Assembly (NCBI GenBank): GCA_011364925.1
Contig: RDOA01000009.1
Location: 32,001 to 96,000, forward strand
DNA length: 64,000 bases
Source: Promethearchaeota archaeon
Lineage (GTDB): Archaea > Asgardarchaeota > Lokiarchaeia > Sigyniarchaeales > SOKP01
Direction of reading: 5' to 3'
A program made the translations under genes and the position numbers. A model generated the notes under the pieces. That model did no database searches. It saw nothing but the letters and a program-made list of their open reading frames with translations, and had not been told where the DNA came from. The stretch's first letter is position 1, and each line of letters begins with the position of its first letter. Positions 20,144 to 30,371 of the stretch are shown here, one piece after another.

Positions 20144-21246
20144 TGCCCGTTGGTTTAGTTGTTATGAAATGGGATGAGCGCATCGGTACTGAAATCTTAG
20201 CCAAATATCCCGAGGAAATAGTCATAACTGATAAAACACTGATGCAAGTGTATAGCACGCACGAGTATAGTGGAGAGTCAGGGATGATCAGTTTAATGGT
20301 TGGTTCTTTAAATATCGCTTCTTACTACACTGGACCAGAAAAGGGATACTACATTCTCATGCTTTTAAATCTCGACGATGATCCTGATGCTTATGAAGGG
20401 GGCCTAGCTGACACAGCCAGGATAATATTGCAAAATCTAGAAGATGAGGCATTTATAAAACTCGTTCCTTCATTATTCCGCAGACTTTCGGTTTACCCAA
20501 CATTAAATGATGAACAACGATTAGCGATGACATATCAAGATGAAATTAAACGCATGATTATCAATCGGTTAAGGGAAGAAGGGGTTGTCTCCAAATCCGA
20601 GCTAATGGTTTGGTTAAAAGACAGATATAAGCAAGGATTTGTTGACTTAGAAGGCGTATTAAGCGAATTGATTAAGAGGGAACTTATTAAAGAAACCTCT
20701 GTTAAAGGGATGCCTTCTGAGTTGATCTTTCTTACAAACGACATCTTAATGTTGAGAGTTCCTCCCGTAAAATTGCTCAAAGATCCAGGAGATAAAGGTC
20801 TACCTGCAAAGCTTGTTTCTGATTATAAAATGGAGATCAAAAAATATTTTCTTAACTATCGACCATCTGAACAGGACAATCTCAGGTTAATTGATAACAT
20901 TATTAATCCCCAAGTTTACGAAACACTGCGTTTGTTAAGAACGGCAATTGTAACTAAAAATGATCTCGAGAAATTGAAAAAGAAAGGTGTTGATGATATT
21001 GACGAAGTTTTGAAAATGCTTTGGGAAACTCAAATGATTCAAGTGTTTCAAGACGATAGAAACAATGAGTATTACGCCTTACTTTCAGATTTTTATGTGG
21101 ATAAAATCTTTCCGAAATATTTAATGAATGTCATTAAATCTGAATATGAGAAAAAATCAAAAGCAGATCAAGTCTTAGTTGAATACCTAAATATTCTCGA
21201 GAATACATATATCAATTTAAAATCAGCTGTTAAATCAAAAGATTAA
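20143..21246 (+). CDS. Longin/uDENN-like plus winged-helix protein, paralog 2 (translationally coupled to the surface protein)
   Basis: 55 of the first 60 aa identical to 14519..15631; GTG start overlaps the upstream TAG (taGtg); GGAGGTG SD. Confidence 0.65.
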   Translation: MPVGLVVMKWDERIGTEILAKYPEEIVITDKTLMQVYSTHEYSGESGMISLMVGSLNIASYYTGPEKGYYILMLLNLDDDPDAYEGGLADTARIILQNLEDEAFIKLVPSLFRRLSVYPTLNDEQRLAMTYQDEIKRMIINRLREEGVVSKSELMVWLKDRYKQGFVDLEGVLSELIKRELIKETSVKGMPSELIFLTNDILMLRVPPVKLLKDPGDKGLPAKLVSDYKMEIKKYFLNYRPSEQDNLRLIDNIINPQVYETLRLLRTAIVTKNDLEKLKKKGVDDIDEVLKMLWETQMIQVFQDDRNNEYYALLSDFYVDKIFPKYLMNVIKSEYEKKSKADQVLVEYLNILENTYINLKSAVKSKD

Positions 21247-21347
21247 TTTTTTTTTATTTTCATTTTTTTTATTTCGTTACGTTTTTCAATTTTTCATAAC
21301 TATAGTTCTTAAAAAACCTAATACAATTTCAATAAAAAATTAAATTT

Positions 21348-22703
21348 GTGATAATATTGGCTGAATATGATAATTTTGATTTAGAAAATCTAGCAAAACC
21401 AAATGCACTCCCTGAAGATATCGATTATGAGACTCATATAATTGCTACTTATAGCGCAATGCTTCATCGAAAAATGGATGCTTTTTATATGATGCAAGCG
21501 GTATGTGTTGAGCAATCAACTGGTACATTTGTCCCTGTTCCCGCGGAAACCCCTGAACAACGAAGAAAGCATGTAGCGAAAGTTATTGGGTGGTGGAGAG
21601 TCCCTGATTTTGAGTATGAGGGTGCTGAAGATTTTTTTGGTAGTCCTAAAATGTATCAATATGTAGTTCAAATTGCATATCCGTTAAACTTTAAACCCCA
21701 ATTCCCAATGTTATTTACGACAATTTATGGAAATATATCAATGGGTGGACCACTTAAGATGCTTGATGTCCGATTCCCAAAAGCGTTTCTAAAAGAGTTC
21801 AAGGGTCCAAAATTCGGAGATGTTGGGGTTCGAAAGATACTAGGAGTTAAAGAAAGACCACTTTTGAATAACATGATTAAACCTTGCGTCTACTCTGATC
21901 CAAAAATAGGAGCAGATTTAGCGTATCAAGCAGCTGTTGGAGGATGTGATGTCATAAAAGATGACGAATTAATAGCTGATGTGGATTTTAATCCAATCAC
22001 TGAAAGAGTTACTGCTTTTATGGAAGCTTTGGATAGAGCTGATTCTGAGAAAGGAGAAAAAACTCTTTATACCGTTAATATCACCGACAGAGTAGAACGG
22101 ATGTTTGAATTAGCAGATATTGTGCAAGAACATGGCGCCAATGCGTTAATGGTAAATCACATATCGGTAGGTTATTCTGCGTTGAGAAAATTAGCAGAAG
22201 ATCCTTCCGTAAAGGTTCCAATACTAGGACATATGGATTTTGCTGGTTCCTTATTCCAAGATCCCTTAAGCGGAGTTTCAAGTCCACTGGTACTTGGTAA
22301 ATTTGGGAGATTAGCTGGTTGTGATTTCATAGTGCACCCTGCCCCTTATGGCAAAGCCCCTACTTTAGTTGATAGATTCAAAGAGACTGCACGTCAAATG
22401 GTAATGCCGATGCGAAACGCTCCGCATATTAAAAGAACGATGCCGATGCCAAGTGGAGGAATAACTCAAAGTCTTGTCGAGAAATGTGTGAATGATTTAG
22501 GCACTAATATTATGATTGGTAGTGGCGGAGGAATTCACGCGCATCCAGATGGTCCAATAGCAGGAGCTAAAGCTTTTAGACAAGCCATCGATGCTGTAAT
22601 GAAAGGAATTCCAGCAAGAGATTATGCGAAAGATCATAAAGAGTTAGCTGTAGCATTAGGTTTGTTTGGTATTGGAAAAAAGACAGAATTTACGTCAGTC
22701 TAA
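21348..22703 (+). CDS. RuBisCO-like protein (form IV)
   Basis: EQSTGT, GPKFG, GGCDVIKDDE, PSGG, GGGIHAHPDG; IKPCVY and HMDFAG replace the carboxylase IKPKLG and HRAMH motifs. Confidence 0.88.
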   Translation: MIILAEYDNFDLENLAKPNALPEDIDYETHIIATYSAMLHRKMDAFYMMQAVCVEQSTGTFVPVPAETPEQRRKHVAKVIGWWRVPDFEYEGAEDFFGSPKMYQYVVQIAYPLNFKPQFPMLFTTIYGNISMGGPLKMLDVRFPKAFLKEFKGPKFGDVGVRKILGVKERPLLNNMIKPCVYSDPKIGADLAYQAAVGGCDVIKDDELIADVDFNPITERVTAFMEALDRADSEKGEKTLYTVNITDRVERMFELADIVQEHGANALMVNHISVGYSALRKLAEDPSVKVPILGHMDFAGSLFQDPLSGVSSPLVLGKFGRLAGCDFIVHPAPYGKAPTLVDRFKETARQMVMPMRNAPHIKRTMPMPSGGITQSLVEKCVNDLGTNIMIGSGGGIHAHPDGPIAGAKAFRQAIDAVMKGIPARDYAKDHKELAVALGLFGIGKKTEFTSV

Positions 22704-22737
22704 AGATAAAACTTTTTTTTAATTATTTTTATTATTA

Positions 22738-23736
22738 TTATCCGTTTGTACCAAATCTCTTATCCAATCTTTCTTCCAAATCTATTAAGGAGTTTTCTTT
22801 AAGAATTCTAGTATTCGGGCTAAAATCTGTACTTTGTATATAGTTAGCAAGGTCATTTCCTCTTAAATCAATTAGTTCTAAAAGTGGGATTTGTTTCAAG
22901 TATTCAATGTTTTGTGGGTCACTTAACTTATTGTTTGATAAGTCAAGATGCGTTAAACTTTTCATTTCAACCAGAGCTTTAAGGTCGTGAATTTGGTTAT
23001 TTGCAAGATTCAAATTTTGCAGATTTTGTAGATTTTTCAAACCTATTATCTTAGATACAGAATCAATGTTGTTTTTCCAGCCCCAGGGTGTCCCCTTGAC
23101 TTCAAATTCGAGATAGTCGGATAAATCTAATCCATTAATCAATACATCTTCAGAATTTAGTTCAAAATATACATTTGGGAACTCTTTGATTAATTGCCTA
23201 ATTGTAAAGAAGTTGATAAGAATGTCGCCAAGTTGTTTATTTGAATAAGCATTGATTTTATTCCTCTTAATTAAAGGCTTTAGAGCTTCTTTATATTTTC
23301 TATTTTCATAACCTTTCTCAGCATTTATATATTGAAGCTTCCTAATCTTCTTTAATTGGTCTATTAATTCTGCTCTGGACTCTTTAGAGTCGATTTTCAC
23401 TAAAGCTTTAACAACTGTCAATAAACACTGAAAGGATTTTTCGTGTCGAATCGTCCATTTAAATATAGCTAAACTTTTATTGATATGGTGTTCACATAAA
23501 TAAATAGCAGCAGCGTTCCGAATAATTTCACTTGAATCAGAAGTTAATAAGCTCTCAAATAGATCATATAAATTCTCATTTACAAATTCCTTATTACCTA
23601 GAACTTTAATTGATTCTTCTCTTATCTTATCATTATCATAATTCTCAAGGATAGAAGCTAATAGATTAATAGCTGTGTCTTTACTTAGTTTGTTATTTAT
23701 ATATTCTTTATAAATAGTATTAGGACTTAATTCCAT
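22738..23736 (-). CDS. HEAT-repeat plus short leucine-rich-repeat protein
   Basis: LLTSDSSEIIRNAAA HEAT motif; LxxLNLANNQI and LTHLDLSNNKL LRRs. Confidence 0.85.
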   Translation of the reverse strand: MELSPNTIYKEYINNKLSKDTAINLLASILENYDNDKIREESIKVLGNKEFVNENLYDLFESLLTSDSSEIIRNAAAIYLCEHHINKSLAIFKWTIRHEKSFQCLLTVVKALVKIDSKESRAELIDQLKKIRKLQYINAEKGYENRKYKEALKPLIKRNKINAYSNKQLGDILINFFTIRQLIKEFPNVYFELNSEDVLINGLDLSDYLEFEVKGTPWGWKNNIDSVSKIIGLKNLQNLQNLNLANNQIHDLKALVEMKSLTHLDLSNNKLSDPQNIEYLKQIPLLELIDLRGNDLANYIQSTDFSPNTRILKENSLIDLEERLDKRFGTNG

Positions 23737-23805
23737 GATGTATTAATGAATATAATGAGTAATATAGGAAATTTAATTAAATAAAGGTAATAAGTAATAA
23801 AAAAG

Positions 23806-25083
23806 TTAGGTAAATTTTCTTCCAGAGATTTGTCCAACTAATTCTCTAATAGTGGCTTTCATTTTATTAAAGGGTCTTAAGTTTCCAGAGAAGGGAGTAT
23901 CAATTCCATGGTGTAAAATAGGTTCCAGATGGGTTTCAATTTTCTGTACCTTCTTCAAATTTCCTTCAGTTAGGCAGGAAAGAAAATAATCGTTCTTATA
24001 TTTTTTAAAAGTTAAAAATCTATATCTTTGAAATCCTAATTTAACCGCGATCCAACGAGGATAAGCTCCGGTATTTCCTAATGTATTCGCAGCTATCGCT
24101 TCTATTTTTGCGGTAAGCAATGATTCCTTCATCTCTATTTCTTCGGCAGGATTTTCGTATTTTACGGGTAATTCAACGTTTAACTGTTCCTCGTTATCGA
24201 GTAAAAGTGAAATCACGCCTATTGACATGGAAGATAAGCCAACGTAATCTAATCTGATCCAATCGTCTACAGATGGAATCTCTTGATCTGTAAATATGTA
24301 ATCTTGTAGTTGTAAATATTCTTTAAAAATAGCATAAAGGCTACCAGTGAATTTTTTCTCAATGTCGAACTTGTCAATTATACTTAAGTTGTTGACATCT
24401 TTATCGCGAACTAATTCTGAGAAATACTTTTCCATCTGCTTGAGAAACCATTTTCCTTTTTTATCGGGAAACTTTCCGTAAAGAATGTAAATGATATCGT
24501 CTTTTTCAAAGAATTGACATTTTTCTACCTCACCACCTTCAGATTTGAGAAGCATCTTATCTAGATTCCCTCTTAAGATGCTTGTTGCGATAAAATCTAA
24601 ATTATTCGTTAATTCTAATAAATATAAAAGCCTCTTATTTGTCGCAAATAGAGGAGTTCTATCTACGGAAGTAACTCCGCATAATCTTACGTACTCCTTC
24701 TTATCTTCATCTAAAGAAATCTTATCGTCATCTAAAGAAATTTTTGCATCTCTCTCTTTTTTCCTTACACCCTGTATCCTTGAGGAAGCTGTTTCAGTCT
24801 TAGGTATAAATTCTTGCGGTTCAAGCTTTTTCGACTCATTTTCTGTGTTATTTGTGTAGCTAAAGATATTAGATAAAAATTTCTTGCAGATTGGACAGTA
24901 TTTATCTTTTGGATATGGTTTCACCATCTTATATCCACAATTTTCACATGTAATACTTTCACGATCGGATGAAAATAAAAGTTTTTTATCCTGCTTTTTT
25001 ATCTCTTTCTGCTTCTCTTCTTTCTTCTCTTCCTTCTTTTTCTTATCTTTTTTCTTCTTCTTTGAATTAGTGATTAAAATCAA
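23806..25083 (-). CDS. Hypothetical protein: Lys/Glu-rich N-terminus, Zn ribbon, possible longin/roadblock-like domains
   Basis: CENCG...CPICK; alpha/beta C-terminal region; 21-bp tandem repeat at 24700-24741. Confidence 0.6.
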   Translation of the reverse strand: MILITNSKKKKKDKKKKEEKKEEKQKEIKKQDKKLLFSSDRESITCENCGYKMVKPYPKDKYCPICKKFLSNIFSYTNNTENESKKLEPQEFIPKTETASSRIQGVRKKERDAKISLDDDKISLDEDKKEYVRLCGVTSVDRTPLFATNKRLLYLLELTNNLDFIATSILRGNLDKMLLKSEGGEVEKCQFFEKDDIIYILYGKFPDKKGKWFLKQMEKYFSELVRDKDVNNLSIIDKFDIEKKFTGSLYAIFKEYLQLQDYIFTDQEIPSVDDWIRLDYVGLSSMSIGVISLLLDNEEQLNVELPVKYENPAEEIEMKESLLTAKIEAIAANTLGNTGAYPRWIAVKLGFQRYRFLTFKKYKNDYFLSCLTEGNLKKVQKIETHLEPILHHGIDTPFSGNLRPFNKMKATIRELVGQISGRKFT

Positions 25084-25178
25084 ACTCCGCGACTAATTTA
25101 AATTTGCTTCAGATAAATAAATCTAATACTTAATTGATATGTAAAGGTAATAAAAAATTTTGTATTAATATATTGGGT

Positions 25179-26270
25179 TTATAGATATTTTTCAGCAATA
25201 GAATTAAAAGCATCTATAAATTGATCATTTTCATCTTTGGTCCCGATAGTGACTCTTAAATAATTATAAAGTCCTGGTTTACTGAAATGTCTCACCATAA
25301 TTTTGAGGTCTTTTAAGTCCCATAAAAACTTTAAGGTTGTTGATTTATCATCAAATTTAACGAATATAAAGTTCGCATCCGAAGGAAGAACGCTGATTCC
25401 ATTATAGCCATTCAATTTTTCTGAGAGTCTCTTTCTTTCTGCAATTATTTTATTATTTTGTTCGTAGACCTTATTCCTATGTCTGATACAAGAGATGGCT
25501 GCGAGTTGTGCTATATAATTAGTATTATATGGTAATTTAACACGATTCATTTCCTTAATGATCAGTGCATCCGCTAAAGCGTATCCAATTCTTAAAGAAG
25601 CCATTGAGAATGTTTTTGAGAAACTTCGACAAACTATTAAATTTTTTACATCTTTTAATAATGAAAGACAGGTAGTTTCAGAAAAATCTGCGTATGCTTC
25701 GTCTATTACAACAATTCCAGGAAACTGGGAGCAAATTTTAAGAATTGTATTATTATCAAAGGATTTTCCATTTGGATCGTTTGGAGAGTTTATAAACATT
25801 AACTTCCCTTTTTGGTTATAGGCACTATCTGGTATAGAAAAATCGTCATTTAGTTTTATTTCGTTAATTTTTGCATCGTAAAGATTAGCTAGAACTCTAT
25901 ACATGCTAAAAGAGGGATAGAATATAATTACCTCATCTCCCGGATTAACAAACACTTTAAATATAGTATCTAAAACTTCATCTGAACCATTTCCTATAAA
26001 CACCGTATTTCTATTAGTTAAGGTGTCTTTGTCTCTTAAAAGTTGGTTTAGAATTGCTTTACGAAGCTCAAGAGCAAATGGGTCGGGGTACTTTTTTAGC
26101 AAAGATTCATCTTTTAAAGCAGAATTTATATCTTCGAGAATTTCTTTGATTGGGGGGTACGCATTTTCGTTTATATTTAATTGTATCCAACCTTCAGTCT
26201 CTGCGTGCTCCTCCGTTTCATAAGAAGTAAACTTTTGAAGATGCTCTCTGAATAACTTTTCGATTTCCAT
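25179..26270 (-). CDS. hisC: Histidinol-phosphate aminotransferase
   Basis: NEN, YPD, GNGSDE, DEAYADF, RSFSKTFSMASLRIGY. Confidence 0.85.
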   Translation of the reverse strand: MEIEKLFREHLQKFTSYETEEHAETEGWIQLNINENAYPPIKEILEDINSALKDESLLKKYPDPFALELRKAILNQLLRDKDTLTNRNTVFIGNGSDEVLDTIFKVFVNPGDEVIIFYPSFSMYRVLANLYDAKINEIKLNDDFSIPDSAYNQKGKLMFINSPNDPNGKSFDNNTILKICSQFPGIVVIDEAYADFSETTCLSLLKDVKNLIVCRSFSKTFSMASLRIGYALADALIIKEMNRVKLPYNTNYIAQLAAISCIRHRNKVYEQNNKIIAERKRLSEKLNGYNGISVLPSDANFIFVKFDDKSTTLKFLWDLKDLKIMVRHFSKPGLYNYLRVTIGTKDENDQFIDAFNSIAEKYL

Positions 26271-26493
26271 TTTGTTAACCTTGTATTTAGAAATAGATTA
26301 ATTGCCAGTTAATTCTTAATGGTTAATAGTTAAAGTTACAAATTACTACCATTTATTTTTTGTCTTTATGCTCATTCTTTTTCAGTTTGAAAAAAAAAAC
26401 ATGATTGAAAAACCAATTTTTAAATGTATCAAATCTATTAATTTTATATTATTATTCAATGATGATAAAGATTTATTGTTGAGGAGTCTATTC

Positions 26494-27387
26494 ATGGAAT
26501 TCGCAATGATGTTTCAAGTTTTAGAAGGCGGAGTAAGCGAGCCTATCAAATGGTCAAAGGATAATCTTACGCCTGATAGTAATATAATCATATTAGACGA
26601 AGGTTCTTCTTCGCTTTATTTGTGGTATGGGTCTAAACAAGGCTTAGTTTCGAGGAGAACTGCTCTTAGGCAAGCAGAATCGTTAAAAGGACATGGATTT
26701 TCAGTTGGCAAGAGTATTGTTGGACGAGATATTAAAAATTTAAAAGAAATCGATCAAAGAAAAATTGGTCGTGTGCCCGAAATTGATGAAATAAACGACG
26801 AACTCCAGACACTTTTATCCAGAAAATTTAAACCATTAGACGATTACACTGTTACCTTTGAATTGGAAGCAGAAATCCCTTCAGCTGTTAGATCTGCACC
26901 GAAGCTTGAACCTAAATTTGAGCCTAAACCTGAACCAAAATATACACCCGAACCCGTTCCCCAACCCGTTGGTATGGCGGAACCGATTAAAAAAGTAAAA
27001 CCCCCCGAACCAAAAATGCTACGTGCCTCTGAATATGACACTGAAATCGATATTCCAACATCTAGCACACCCATCGAAAAAAATATTGTAAAACCTCCCC
27101 CAGTTCCTTTGGAACAAAAACCTCTCTTTTCAGAAGCTAAAGAAGAGCTTGATGTTCAAGCAAAGATTGGATTTGTGTTAATTGGAGTACTGGACCACTA
27201 TGACGATATATGGGTTTCGAAGAAAGAAGATGGGGGGTATTCTGTTGAACATATGGATGGAAAAGTATGTGAATTCTCAATTTTCGAAGGAAAAATTAAG
27301 TTCACTTCAGATTCTTTTTCAGGAATTTCTACCAAAATTAAATCGGAAATCCAAAAGAAATTTGTAGAGCTTTCAAAATTAATCTAA
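26494..27387 (+). CDS. Gelsolin-domain protein with Pro-rich linker and C-terminal domain
   Basis: LTPDSNIIILDEGSSSLYLWYGSKQGLVSRRTALRQAESL gelsolin-repeat pattern; PKLEPKFEPKPEPK linker; GAGGAG SD before ATG 26494. Confidence 0.78.
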   Translation: MEFAMMFQVLEGGVSEPIKWSKDNLTPDSNIIILDEGSSSLYLWYGSKQGLVSRRTALRQAESLKGHGFSVGKSIVGRDIKNLKEIDQRKIGRVPEIDEINDELQTLLSRKFKPLDDYTVTFELEAEIPSAVRSAPKLEPKFEPKPEPKYTPEPVPQPVGMAEPIKKVKPPEPKMLRASEYDTEIDIPTSSTPIEKNIVKPPPVPLEQKPLFSEAKEELDVQAKIGFVLIGVLDHYDDIWVSKKEDGGYSVEHMDGKVCEFSIFEGKIKFTSDSFSGISTKIKSEIQKKFVELSKLI

Positions 27388-27503
27388 AAATTTTTTTCCT
27401 AATTTTTTAACATTGATGTTTAAATCTTAAGCTTATTTCTTAAATAATAAGAATTTCAATTATGACTTAACATTAATCTTAGAAAAAAGTATAACATAAT
27501 ACA

Positions 27504-29261
27504 ATGAAATTTAAAAATTTAGCAGTGCTTTTTTCAGACCTAGAATCTACATCAAAGAGACTCGAAATGATAGATTTCTTGTCTAAATTCTTTGAAGAAG
27601 TAAAATCAAGTAATGAATTTCAGGATTTAGATAAAATTATATACTTACTGCAAGGTGAGTTAGTTTCAAACATTAAACAATTCCCTAAAATTGGGATTGC
27701 TGAGAAGATGATTATTGAAGCTTTGTCTCTCCACTCTGGTATAGATAAAAAGAAAATAAAAGAAATTCTGATAAAGAAGGGGGATATCGGAGCTACTGCA
27801 GAATTAATATTAGCCAAAAAGAAAAAGCAAAAATCTCTATTCGATTTCGAAGAGAAACCAGAGGAATCTCTCCCTTCTCTAGAAATTTCAGAATTGTATT
27901 CAGCTTTACAAAAAATCGCTTTGAGTGAAGGAGTAGGATCACAAGATATAAAATTAGGGATACTAAGGGGTTTAATGAGAAAGTGCTCGCCATTAGAAAA
28001 TAAGTATTTACTCCGAATAATTACCTCAACATTAAGAGTCGGAGTGTCAACTTTGACGATAATTGATGGTTTAGCTATAGGATTTACTGGTGTTAAAGAG
28101 AACAGGAACTTTATCGAAATGGCATATAATTTGCATCCTGATTTAGGGGATATTACAAAAATTCTAGCAAAAAAAGGGATTGGTGAAGTTCAAAAAATTG
28201 GAATAACTTATGGAATACCTATCAGAATGATGTTGGCTTCAAGAGTTCCTTATGGAGAAATAATCGAGAAACTTGGAAGTCCTTTTATTGCAGAGTATAA
28301 ATTAGATGGAGAAAGACTTCAAATTCACAAACAAGGCCAAGATATAAAATTATTTTCTCGAAGATTGCTTGAAATATCTGAACAATACCCTGATGTATGT
28401 CAGACGATAAATGAAAATATCCAAGTCGATAATGTCATTATCGAGGGAGAAGTTGTTGCCATGGATTCCGTTTACGAAAAAATGCTACCATTTCAAGTAC
28501 TCAGTAAAAGACGGCGAAAATATGATGTAGAAGGTGTCATGAAGGAAGTCCCCGTTTGCCTTTTCCTATTTGATTTGTTAAAGTATAAAGACGAATCTTT
28601 TATTGATAAACCATTCCTTGTACGAAGGAAAAAATTGGAGGAAATTGTATTAGAAAGAGATGAATTACGTATAGTTAAATCAGTCTTAATCAATAATACT
28701 GATGAACTCTTAGAGTTTTTTAACATTGCTAGAAATGAAGGAAATGAGGGTGTTATGGCTAAATCTATCAAAGATAATTCTGTTTATCAAGCAGGAAATA
28801 GAGGTTTTCTGTGGATAAAATTAAAAGGATTAGAGGGAGGAAAGCTAAAAGATACGGTTGATGTTGTATTAATTGGAGCTTTTTACGGAAAAGGTCGTAG
28901 AACTGGTGTGTATGGAACTTACATCGGAGCGGTATATGACCCCATAAATGGAATCTTTATTGCTTTTACTAGATTTTTTTCAGGATTGACAGATGAACTT
29001 TCAGAGTCCCTAACCAAACAAATGGAGACATATAAAACAGAAAAAAAACCTAAAAATGTTATTTGTGAAGATATTCCAGATGTTTGGCTGGAACCAGAAA
29101 TCGTGGTGGAAATTTTTGGAGATGAGATAACAGTTAGTGAGAAATTTCCCGCTTTAGGTTATTCTATGAGATTCCCTGTCTTCCAAAGAGTTCGTCCTGA
29201 AAAAGGTCCCGTAGATATAACAACAGTCGATGAAATTAAAAGCCTGTATGAATCTCAATAA
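27504..29261 (+). CDS. lig: ATP-dependent DNA ligase
   Basis: EYKLDGER adenylation motif, EGEVV, FDLL, EGVMAK, WIKLK, RFP. Confidence 0.96.
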   Translation: MKFKNLAVLFSDLESTSKRLEMIDFLSKFFEEVKSSNEFQDLDKIIYLLQGELVSNIKQFPKIGIAEKMIIEALSLHSGIDKKKIKEILIKKGDIGATAELILAKKKKQKSLFDFEEKPEESLPSLEISELYSALQKIALSEGVGSQDIKLGILRGLMRKCSPLENKYLLRIITSTLRVGVSTLTIIDGLAIGFTGVKENRNFIEMAYNLHPDLGDITKILAKKGIGEVQKIGITYGIPIRMMLASRVPYGEIIEKLGSPFIAEYKLDGERLQIHKQGQDIKLFSRRLLEISEQYPDVCQTINENIQVDNVIIEGEVVAMDSVYEKMLPFQVLSKRRRKYDVEGVMKEVPVCLFLFDLLKYKDESFIDKPFLVRRKKLEEIVLERDELRIVKSVLINNTDELLEFFNIARNEGNEGVMAKSIKDNSVYQAGNRGFLWIKLKGLEGGKLKDTVDVVLIGAFYGKGRRTGVYGTYIGAVYDPINGIFIAFTRFFSGLTDELSESLTKQMETYKTEKKPKNVICEDIPDVWLEPEIVVEIFGDEITVSEKFPALGYSMRFPVFQRVRPEKGPVDITTVDEIKSLYESQ

Positions 29262-29285
29262 TAACTAGTCAAATTAATTTGAGTG

Positions 29286-30278
29286 TTAAATTAGTTCATT
29301 ATATGTCTCATAAATAGCTTTAGCAGTTTCTTTTATGTCTAACTTATTCGCGGTATTGAAACCGTTTAGGGCAATCCTTTTTCTCTCTTCAGGATTGTTT
29401 ATCAAATAATAGATTTTTTCAACAAATTCTTTGTTATTTCTCGCTTTGAGACAGTTTTCACCATTAAAAAACCTACCCATATAAGTCGGTAAATCACGAA
29501 TTACAACGGGTAAACCACAACTCATTGCTTCTAAGATTGCGATACCTTCTCCCTCATAATATGACGGAAAACAGAAGATATCACCTCCAGAGTAAGCTGC
29601 AGTTATATCCTTAACATAACCAGGCATAAATAAGTTACTCGTGTTAACCATAAAATCTGGTTGAATCAACGGAAATGCACGTTTCCCCACCCATAAGAAT
29701 GAATGTTCGGTAATTTCTCTTGAGAATTCGATAAAGTCATAAAAACCCTTTCTTTCTATGGGCATTCCCACGCACATTACGGTTGTATTATTGAGGTTAT
29801 ACTCTCTTCTAAATTGTTTTCTTTTCTCAAGAGAGGCCTTAAATCGTTCTGTGTCAACTCCATTTGAAATAATCTTTATTGGCTTATCGACTCTGAGCTC
29901 TCTCCTCACAATATTTCGAGAGTGTTGAGTTGGGCAGATTACGACATCACCAAATTTATAATATCTAGTAATATACAACTTAAAAAGCGCAGAGATTTGT
30001 TTTGAAAATAAAAATGCATTATCAGTATCATAGTGAGTTTGGTGAGCAGATATTATGATTGGTTTCTTCAATTTGATTGCTTTTTTCATTAGATGAAATG
30101 TTATAGGAAAACAGCCATGAGAGTGAACTAGATCATAATCTTTTCCGTAATAATTAAACATAACCTTCGCATATTTCTTAATTTCGTCTGCTTGGGTCAT
30201 AGTAGCAACTAAAGCTCCATTAATGCCAACAAATTTCCGAAAAAGATGGAATTCAGATAAGAAATTTACCTTTAGCAT
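29286..30278 (-). CDS. Glycosyltransferase family 4
   Basis: ISNGVD, RKG, PSYYEGEGIAILEAMSCGLPV. Confidence 0.9.
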   Translation of the reverse strand: MLKVNFLSEFHLFRKFVGINGALVATMTQADEIKKYAKVMFNYYGKDYDLVHSHGCFPITFHLMKKAIKLKKPIIISAHQTHYDTDNAFLFSKQISALFKLYITRYYKFGDVVICPTQHSRNIVRRELRVDKPIKIISNGVDTERFKASLEKRKQFRREYNLNNTTVMCVGMPIERKGFYDFIEFSREITEHSFLWVGKRAFPLIQPDFMVNTSNLFMPGYVKDITAAYSGGDIFCFPSYYEGEGIAILEAMSCGLPVVIRDLPTYMGRFFNGENCLKARNNKEFVEKIYYLINNPEERKRIALNGFNTANKLDIKETAKAIYETYNELI

Positions 30279-30371
30279 TTTAATAATAAAATTGTTAAAC
30301 TCATTTGTGTATAATAAACCGTATTTTTTAAACTCATTAGACCACGCTTAATAAATATATGAGATACATAT

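Noticed and set aside
14519-21246. Paralog pair as a transposon-like direct-repeat flank or assembly duplication
   Set aside because: The copies differ at many synonymous and C-terminal positions, which indicates an old duplication; no transposase or terminal repeats
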